The notes under the pieces: model-generated
Seen by the model: the letters and a program-made list of their open reading frames with translations, nothing else
What the model was told of the DNA's origin: nothing
Database searches by the model: none
Source: Octopus sinensis
Taxonomy: Eukaryota
Direction: 5' to 3'
Assembly (NCBI RefSeq): GCF_006345805.1
Contig: NC_043005.1
Location: forward strand, 83,018,001 to 83,082,000
Length of the DNA stretch: 64,000 bases
Position numbers and translations under genes: made by a program
Part shown: positions 54,175 to 64,000 of the stretch, piece after piece
Position numbering within the stretch: position 1 is the first letter of the stretch
Layout of the letters: every line of letters starts with the position of its first letter

Positions 54175-56432
54175 GAGAGTTTGAAAATGCAGAGGTCTTT
54201 TAAAGATGTTTATTGACTGGCTTCACTTTTTTAAAAAAGATTATCAAAAATAAAACGTAAAGCTTTTACAAAGCTTTACATTTTATACAAAGCTATATAT
54301 ATATATATAGCAAACTGTTAATCTATGTCTACATACCTATCTCTTTATCTCTCAAATCATCTTTATATATATCTCAATAAGTATTACATACGTATGTGTA
54401 TCTAGAATCAAGATTTTTGTGTTGTTATAACATAGAGGCTCACAACCCGGCAGCACTTTTTTACGTACATCAGAACGCCCAACTTATTCGTAACTGAGAA
54501 AACGAACCGCCGATTTTCTTTGTAAAGACCTATGCCTTAAGAGGAATATCAGTTTGAGATGTTTCTATGGAACAAACTATTACAACTAGTACTGTTAGAT
54601 GTATTGAAGATACATATTATAAATGTTTTTACGTGCCTATATTAATTGTAAATGTTATATATCTTAATAATTTAAATGCATATTTTATATGAAAAAGTTA
54701 TATACACCATTGTTTTAATTGTCCGTTCATATATCAGTTTAAGTTTTGATCAGAATATGTTTTAAAAGCGTTAGCTGGACTAAATTAGTGTATACCTGTA
54801 TCTTAAAATAAGTCTTACGTCTAGTAACACATATTGACTTACTAATGCAATCTTCTCGAATTATAATATATAGTCCAGTTTTTGATAAAACGACGAGGTT
54901 GTATGACGTAATGACAAAGATGATGTCTCATATATGTTATTGATATTTTCAGTTACTTTCTTTGCAAAAGAAATCGGTGGTATATAACCAGTATATATAA
55001 ATTCACATATTTTTTCAGCTGTTTATGTTTTTATCTGTTCTAAAATCGATCTTATGATTGATGTTGCGACATTTATGTTCTGTAACTTATCGCTCCGAGA
55101 ATACTATTTAATAAAATAGATGCCTGACTGAAATATATACAGTGGAGTAACTATGATTAACTGACAAGTCTCGAAAGCTGAGCCCCAATACTGCGACATT
55201 CCAGCAGCTGATACCTTCAAATTAGCAGAATATATATATTCTGTTAAGCAGTGTTTATGTATGAGCAGAATTAGGTAAGTTGAAATATGTTTGTCACATT
55301 TTTCAACTGATAAAAGACAAATACACTGCCGGTACCGTGCAGGAAAAAAACCACCCTTATGGTAAAAAGGTGTAAAATACCCGCTCCGTTCAGTGTCGCC
55401 GTCCATTAGGAATCCCAGACATCGATGTTTCAAGCTTCTTGGTTATTTTCGATGAGATGCACCTAAGTCTGTTTAGAGTTGCCTCTCTGAGGTATACCAG
55501 TTTCTTATAATAGGTATATTATATGTGTTACGTCTAGTAACACATATTGACTTGGTAATGCAATCTTGAATGAAACGAAATACAAAATGTTACCGAGAAA
55601 ACATGCTGATTCTGTAAATATACTGTTATTTTACATGGAACATGAGTTTTTAAAATTTTAGTTTCACAAAACAGAGAATGTAAAAATACTGGCGACAGAG
55701 GAGCATTTAGTACATCTCTTCAGTAAAATTAATCATTATAGCTAGCTCATAGACTAAATTTAAAAGCGTTACAATCGCATAGCTGTTACGATAAATTAGT
55801 CCTAGAAAGTTTAAACCTGATTGCATTAAAGACATTTTAAATCCATTCGAATGTGGTTCGCTTTTTAGCTCTACGGTCACTGTCACTTCAGATAGAATAT
55901 GTGAAATAAATCAGTTCGGGCAGAAGTGTATTGTTGATATTTTTGCTTAGTTTCAAGTCATCCTTGACAGAACAAACCTACTATGATCAACAATTTCCGT
56001 CTTTGACGCACTAGTATCTGTGCAAGTATAAGTCTACATTATATACTGCCACTTTAAAGTCTTCAGAGGATTTGGTTTCTATTTCTAGCAGAATTAGAAA
56101 ATGCCTAGTGGCTTTCTCTTCCGACCAAGAAATTCTCGAATTATAACATATAGTCCAGTTTTTGATAAAACGACATGGTTGTATGACGTAATGACAAAGT
56201 TACTGATGATGTCTCATATATACGTTATTGATATTTTCAGTTACTTTCTTTGCAATAGAAATCGGTGGTATATAATAGATGGCGACACCGAACGGACCGG
56301 TTGTTTTACATCTTTTTACCATAAGAGAGATGTTTCTTTCTCCATGTAACTTCAGCGTATTTGCCTTTTAGCAGTTAAAATATGTGACAAACTTATTTCA
56401 ACTAACCTAATTCTGCTCATATATATATATAT

Positions 56433-56642
56433 AGGGAGAGTTTACGAAAAAAAACAAAAAAGGAAGACACGTGCTGTACAAAACAAACAGATATATTAGT
56501 ATAACGCTCAGAAATAGAAAAAGTCTTTTACGTTTCGAGCCTACGCTCTTCTACAGAAAGGGACACAGAAAAAAAAAACAAGGAGAGAAACAAGGAGAGA
56601 AAAGAATGTGTGTAGTGACTAACGATCTATCATGGCGACTGA
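56433..56642 (-). mobile_element. Second copy of the 16405-16610 element in (TA)n
   Basis: Reverse-complement match end to end. Motif CTGTAGAAGAGCGTAGGCTCGAAACGTA within 56523-56564. Confidence 0.75.
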
Positions 56643-56664
56643 TATATATATATGATACATTATG

Positions 56665-56910
56665 ACTGCCACTCTGTCGGTTACGACAACGAGGGTTCCA
56701 GTTGATGGGATCAACTGGAAAAGCCTACTGGTGGTGTTAAAGTTCAAGTGGCTGTGTACTCCACAGACACACGTAACATTAACATACTTCTCAAGAAGAT
56801 TCAGCGTGACGCAGTATGTGACAAGGGTTGGCTTCTGAAATACAGGTACTGCTCCTTTTGCCAGCTGAGTGGACTGGAGCAATGTGAAAAAAAGTTTTAT
56901 TCAAGGTCAC
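56665..56910 (-). mobile_element. 5'-truncated SINE of the 9283-9614 family
   Basis: CGGTTACGACAACGAGGGTTCCAGTTGAT...TTTTGCCAGCTGAGTGGACTGGAGCAA. Confidence 0.8.
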
Positions 56911-57714
56911 AGCGAAAGTATTCACTTGCTCTGAAGATGAAGACCAATATTTTGAGACGCAGGGTTCTCGTTTTTTTTCTATGTTGATTATTGGGAATCC
57001 ACCACAGTGCACTTCGATGACAGTGAAACCTAGCATATAAACCGAGAGTTCTTTCTAGCTGCAAGCGCTTCGTTTATTTGTTGTTTCGGTTTTGATTTTC
57101 ATATATGCAGTGGTCCATTTTGTTGTTCAAGGTAACAAGACTGATATCACCCTATTGGAACATGTGTTATTTTTTTACGTGAGATATTTGGGTTGCATGT
57201 GTATGAATAAATGGATGTATGAATGAATGAATGAATGAATGAATGAATGAATGAGAAAGGCGACAGCAAATAATTTGCATACGCACAAGAAAAGTACAAG
57301 GACAAACTGAACTCTAATTCACACCAGAGTTGATAAAATGTGGGTTAGTAAAAGAGCTATTTAAGCACAGACACAGCAATGAAAAGAAGCCATTGACGTG
57401 ATAGATTAATAGAATCGACAGACGGACAATTTCTACAAGAGTTTCGAGTGACAGACACGGTTAAATGTTTTACTGAAGTCCAGAATAATATTGCTCTCAG
57501 CAAATGTTTCAATGCGAGAGGTCTATAGAAAGTGACATAGAGGAATATATTTCCCGTAGTTCTGGGTTTACAAATTATTTACTGATATAGAGATTAAGGA
57601 TGAAGATAAATTGAAAGATTTGAGAAGGATCGGCTCCATCATCTTTGAATTATTGGAAATTCGATAGAATGGTAATTAGTAAGAACAGGGAGATTACTCT
57701 CCTTGAAATTGTGA

Positions 57715-58260
57715 CCAACACCATGGGGACGAATTTCACCGACACTCTCTACAGGTACAAATGTTCCGTTAAAATGGAATGCACCGATGTTCTACTTATT
57801 CCCACTTCTTGAACAATTTCCTGGATTGTTACACAACGGTCTTCCATGACTATTCCCCGAGCTTTCTCAATCATCACCTCGTGGTGACTGCCTATCTGAG
57901 CGTGCCTCGTTCTCCATTAAGGTGCGGCCATATCTGAAGTGGTTATACCACTCCTTGATCTGACTTTTGCCCATGGTATCATTGCTAAAGTCCAACTGAA
58001 TCTTCTGGAAGACTTGAGCTTAAGTATCACCAAGCTACTGGCAAAACTTGATATAATATCTCTGATCGAAGAGTTCGGAGAAACGAAAATCTGATGAGCG
58101 CGCACTACACGTCTGTACTCTAAGGGTAACAGCCAGGAACTGACGGTAGGAGCGAAAAATTTCACGCATGCGGCATCACCTCCCACCCGAAGTATTTTGC
58201 CCGCGTGGCGTTAGTTTTGGCGGGAAAATTAAGTTGGATACTTTTTGGACTACCTCATAT
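57715..58260 (-). mobile_element. Decayed mariner element, left TIR and transposase 5' part
   Basis: TIR TATGAGGTAGTCCAAAAAGTATCC on the minus strand. Peptides QRYYIKFCQ, QIKEWYNHFRYGRT, VMEDRCVTIQEIVQEVGIS and RVSVKFVP. Confidence 0.82.
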
Positions 58261-60527
58261 ATTAAGACAATTACTGAATATTGGCCAAGGGGAAGTGCCA
58301 CGTAAATCTTTTTAGCAATAAATCACTAAATAAAAATAGTATTTGCCTTTCCATGCTTTGATTTTGGTTGCTTTTGGTACTTGTATGATTTGGCTCATTT
58401 TTTTTTTTCATCTGACACATTTCTTTTCGAGGGCATCTGCACAGTAGTCTAATAATTCACCAGAATATCACGAGATCTATAACATATTAGCTCTGTCAAC
58501 GAGTAATTATTTTTGCGTAGTACATAATTCTTATAATTCAAGCTCAATGTCCGCAATTTCTTTTAGGCAAACCAGTATTTTTATTTCCAATGCGCTACAC
58601 GTACGCACATAAAAGCACAGACAGAAAACTATTTCTAAACTTTCCCCAACTATTTACAACCCCGAAAGTCAGTGTTATCAAATCAAGTAGTCTTTTATTC
58701 AAAGCCAAACCATTTTTCATTCCTTACATTGACTCGATAAAGTAAATTATTTCCAATTTCAACATGTATACTTCCAATTCGTGCCAAAAGCCTTGCGGAA
58801 TGATTTTAAGTCTGCTTTGATCGAAGGTAATATTTCAAGTATTCTTTTCACTATTTATATACCTGAACACAGTGAACAGAAGAAAGTGATTTTAGAGAAA
58901 AGAAAACATGATTGATGCGTTCTTTCCAAGATACCGAAATGTATTTTAGTTGCTGAACCTAATTCCCAAGGATTACAAAAGTCTATTTGTTTTGCGGTTC
59001 TCCAGAGACGGTAATATAGCACTCTAATACATTCATCAAACGAAATCTGATTCATGTTTGTTTCATAGTTTTTACCTCTTTTGTGTTTGATATTGCTACG
59101 ATATCATCACCGACATCGCACCCAAGTTGATATTCTGGTATCAAACTAGCCAAAATTCTTCAAGCATGTCCAATGTTTGAGACCGAAGATAGCGAAGCTG
59201 ATAAGTTTATAGACAACTAACTGGACAGTGGTTCGTATTTTGTATCTGTTACAAAAGTATTCCCGCCACTAGGACCTAATTGTCTACGGATGTGTCCGCC
59301 GATCTCTGAGTAGATACCATGGTCGTTCACAATTTAACGCTATCTTACGGGATTGAGTTCAAGCTTTACTCTGGGTACAGAGAAGTCACTGAAGAACCAT
59401 TTTTGTATCTAATGAACCAAAAGAACTTCCACATGATTGTTCGATTTGCAAGAAACAGTAGTCAAATCTTCTTGAAATCATACCTGATCATCTTTAAAAA
59501 GTCAAGAGACATTGAGTAATAAAGTCCTAAGTAGACTACCGCTGAAAATATTCTTGAGAACTCAACAATTTTAATATTCTACAATGTAATATATCTAAAT
59601 AGTGTTAACTTTCCATCGAGATTGCTCACTCAATCTATTATAATTAACAGTCAAATCTCTCTGAAATCAGAACTTACCAAAGAGAAGAATACATTGATCT
59701 TATATACTCCTAAAATAAAAGTGTCTGTAATGATTCGGGCACTTTTGATTATAGACCATATACCTGCTCAGTCAGGTTCATCTGGAACTGAGAAACAACA
59801 ATCACAGCGATGACTTAATGCTAAACAACATCAAATTTATAATATCACATGAAGTGAGTATTATAGAATAAATCAACTTCAGTCTGTGTAAGGAGAAAAA
59901 GAATGATAAACAGATGCAAAGCGAAGCACGATTAGAACTTAGAACCTAAACGGTCAAAATTAAGTCTCTTTCATCAGCAATGCAGCCCTTACAATAGTAC
60001 CACTCTAGTATCTATCTTCACGGAAACTTTCCTGTTTTACTTTTCTTCTCTGCTCTTCCTCGCAGAAATACCACTGTGTTGAAATCTCTTCACTTTCTTA
60101 CTTCTTTGTGTAAAATTAATTGACATCTGAACCTGATTGTAGATTCGATGGGAGATGCGCTGTTTTCGTTCCGGAAAACATCAACAATAAATGCCCAATT
60201 AATTATTCTGTCAGACCCACTGCCAACAGGCCATCACATTGGATCTTTATTAATTAAGCTCGAAAGTTATATATTTTAAAGAATGATATGAAGGCGTTGT
60301 GAAACTCAGATTTACGCAAGCATCTTATTCACTTACAATTACTAGGACTAACAAAGAAATGAAAGTAACAATATCGTCCAACAAAATCGTACCAAATTAA
60401 AATACGAACGCGTGTATATTGAATGCCAGTTTGAATGATAATCATCATCATGTGTATTATGAATGTATGTATGTGTAAACATATATATGTATGCATCTGT
60501 ATATATATATATGCACATATCTCTATA

Positions 60528-60559
<32 letters not shown>

Positions 60560-61122
60560 GACTAATACGATTATATCAAATACCATACAACGTAAATTCT
60601 CCGCCTCTAAAGGATGTGTCAAGACTAGGTAATGGCAACCAGTATCTGGGATACGTCAATATTCGCAGGCAGGGGAATCTTACTAGACCAAATATTGCTG
60701 GCAGGGACCAACAGGAAGAGTAATGTATCCTAGAGCACATGATATTGTATCTCTGAAGGGTATGTAGGAATTATTTAATTATAAAGATTTAGAAATAGAG
60801 ATAACTTGAATGTGGGGTCTTAAAGACAGTAACAACGCCAATCAGAGGTATTTTGGAAATGCTAAATAACGTGTACACAAATGTACAACCAAAACACCAG
60901 GACTTACAAATGTGCAAAGCATACAAACAATGGCACTACAACCAGGATTCGCATACATATTACATCGAGAATTTTTTTTTAATTCAAATCAAAACACTGC
61001 ACGAACCCAAGCCACATACCGTTACAATCGGTAGTGCATTGAAAGCAGTAAAAATAAGATTGAGTAATAACATCTACTACTACTACTGCAACAACAACAG
61101 CAACGACAACAACAACGATAAA

Positions 61123-61216
<94 letters not shown>

Positions 61217-62849
61217 GAAATTATGTGGTGTCGCTTCTTTTAAGTAGAATTCCATTTGAATATATTGCTTGCTAAAGATTAACAGAAGCCACTTCTGAAC
61301 AAGCCAAAACATTTTGATTCAAGATGGAAGCCGAAAGCAATAGAAATCAATCAATCAGAGATCTTATCATTCATATCAGAATATTCAAAATGAAAAAGAA
61401 AAGGGATAAAAACATAATAAAATTTCAACCTTCTAGATAATTCTTCATCCTTCAGAAGAATGCTGCAACTGCAATCTTTTAAAGAATATAATTGTTTTTC
61501 ACAAATACATTCGTCTTTCGAGATGCAGTGAAAGACGAAAAGAAAATTAAATGAAGTGTGTTTGTGTGTCACGCACAGTAGAAATATTTAATATTTATAA
61601 TACAACCCTTCCTACCTTTATTGGAAAATTTGTGGTGTGAAGCTAGGTTTTAGCAAAATGGGTGGTAGACCTAATCCGTCGCCCGTTTACTGCTTTGTAT
61701 CCACCGTTTACTGCTTCGTATCATAAACATCGGTCTCTCTATTACAAGTATTCGAGCCAAGTTTCCAGTCAGGAGATAATTCCTTATCTTTATACGCTAC
61801 TTCCTTTTGCAGCAGACACAAGAATCGTGATTTCTTCTTCCATTTCCACCTACCAGTTTCGTTGACCCCATGAATAATCCTGAGCACTGTCCTTCCTCCG
61901 CTGAACGAGTCATTAAAAGAAGTAATTTTTGAAATCACACCAAGCCATTGAGCTGATATTAATCTCTGGTTTCTCAAGTGTTAGACTGATACAGGATAAA
62001 TCTCTCCTCGTCGATAGAGCAATGGTGTATTGCATAAAATATTCTTTCTTACACCCCACTGGAGGAATTATGTTTATAATTGCATGAGAATAAAATGTTA
62101 TTCAATTCCACATTTCTGCTTCAGCTTAAATCAGGGAATTAAGCAGGCTGACGGTATGTAATTAGATATATGTGGACTTGCTATTGAAAATTCAGTATTA
62201 TTGTTGTGGACGTTGTAATTTCCTCCTATTTCATTACACTCTTTATCCCTTCTGCTCACAAAGCACAATCACAGTATGTGTCCGCCATACAAATACCCGC
62301 TATCCTTTACTCATCTTATTTCCTCTATTTATGTCTTTCTCTTTCACCTCCTGATACTTCCCTCTTCTTTTCTCCCTTCTCTGTCCCTCTATATCATCCA
62401 TGGCGTTGTAATGAACAAATATATACAACTGACCTACTATATATTTGTGTTGCCATTCAGAAGCCGTGAAGAAAGAAGTAGAAGAATCAAACGATATAAA
62501 TGTTTTCATCAATTGTCTATTGATGCCTTTCTCATTGATATTTTTCTTGATGAATCGTATTTAAATATACACAATCTCATATGTTAGTCTTACAAATTTC
62601 GATTTTGTGAATTCTGTGAAATATTTTCTACCAATTTCATTTTGTAGAAATGTTATAGTTATTACTAACATTTATGTTATTATTGTCGTTTTTGATGATG
62701 ATATTTTTAATGTGACCGGTATGATTAACCACAAGAAATAAACAGGATGCAACAGAAAACCGAACAAAGTACGGTTAATCACGATATGTGGTGGAGATTG
62801 GAAAAAATATTGATATTAAGCCTATGTGGGTGAGTCAGGAGGAAAGAGT

Positions 62850-63010
62850 AAAGAAAGAAAGAAAGAAACAACCAAACAAACGGAAGAGAAAAATGAATAA
62901 GAAAGAAAGAAAGAAAGAAAGAAAAAAGAAAAGAAAGAAAAAAGAAAAGAAAGAAAAAAGAAAGAAAAGAAAGAAAGAAAAAGAAAGAAAGAAAGGAAAA
63001 GGAAAGAGAC
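62850..63010. repeat. (GAAA)n purine-rich tract
   Basis: Visible low-complexity repeat. Confidence 0.9.
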
Positions 63011-63485
63011 TTTAAAGTAAAAACAGTTGAGACGACTAGATTGTACTTGAGCAAAATAAAGCTGCATTGAAACAAGTCTTTGATGTCAGGTCGTATCTCA
63101 TAGACTTGTGTTGGCTTCATTACTCAATGATAGAGATAGATCTTTTGATTAATTTTTCAATTTCGCTGCATTTTTTTTTCTCCAAAGTTAAGAGTGAATG
63201 AAGCAAGACGCGTGACTTACTTGACACAGCGATTATTTTGGAATTCATGTGGGAAGCCGAAATGTCGTCGTTGAAAAAGATGTATCGAACATCAGAAATT
63301 TGCTTAATAAGTAGATTGATTGATATTACGGGACTTGGAAAAGAGAGAAGTTGTGAGTGAGACAGGGAGAGGACGAGACATAGAGAGAGAAAGACAGAGA
63401 AAGAGACAGAGAGAGACAGTGAGAAAGAAAGAGAGTAAAACCTCAATGGTGGTTTAAAATTGTGAAGCGGTATCAGTTCGTTTAT

Positions 63486-63623
<138 letters not shown>

Positions 63624-64000
63624 GTATACACATACATACATACATACATACATATATACATAGGAATGTATGTATGTATAAACATATACAAATATGTATA
63701 TGTATATATACTAATGTGTATATATACACTCATACAAACATATTTATGCATGCATGAATGTATGTACTTATTCTTGTATGTAAGTATGAATGTATGGATA
63801 TATATAGTGTGTTACCGAAGATAAAAAATGTTTTCAAAACCTGAAATGTTCCACGTAACCGATTTTCAAATAATAATGAACTTCTGAAACAATACGACGG
63901 TTTATAAATATTACATGTATAAATACATAGGCGCGGACACACACACACACACACACATATATTATCACGGCACTCCGTCGGTTACGACAACAAGGGTTCC

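Noticed and set aside
60560-60723. Short non-repetitive ORF (RLIRLYQIPYNVNSPP...)
   Set aside because: No recognisable domain or convincing splice context, and the ORF start lies in a microsatellite.

Overview
AT-rich, microsatellite-dense eukaryotic intergenic or intronic DNA. The SINE repertoire and repeat load suggest an octopus-like cephalopod (inference). No host gene is convincingly present, and most ORFs in the track are microsatellite read-through. Main content: (1) a near-full-length L1/Tx1-clade LINE on the minus strand (1-5476: ORF1 with CCHC knuckle; ORF2 with APE endonuclease, RT and C-terminal Cys motif), in tandem with a second 5'-truncated Tx1 copy and bounded by TATC repeats; (2) an uninterrupted stand-alone Tx1-ORF1-like frame (9636-10919) with no ORF2, followed on the same strand by a LINE-like 3' end and a type I hammerhead ribozyme fold; (3) several short hammerhead- or hairpin-bearing inserts in (TA)n tracts, resembling Penelope-like termini; (4) at least three tRNA-derived SINE families, with tandem arrays, TSDs and tails matching LINE 3' ends in this window; (5) decayed mariner, RTE, R4/Dong, CR1-like and Helitron pieces; (6) local duplications, one possibly an assembly artefact. 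All alignments and folds were done by eye, so boundaries are approximate unless a TSD is given.
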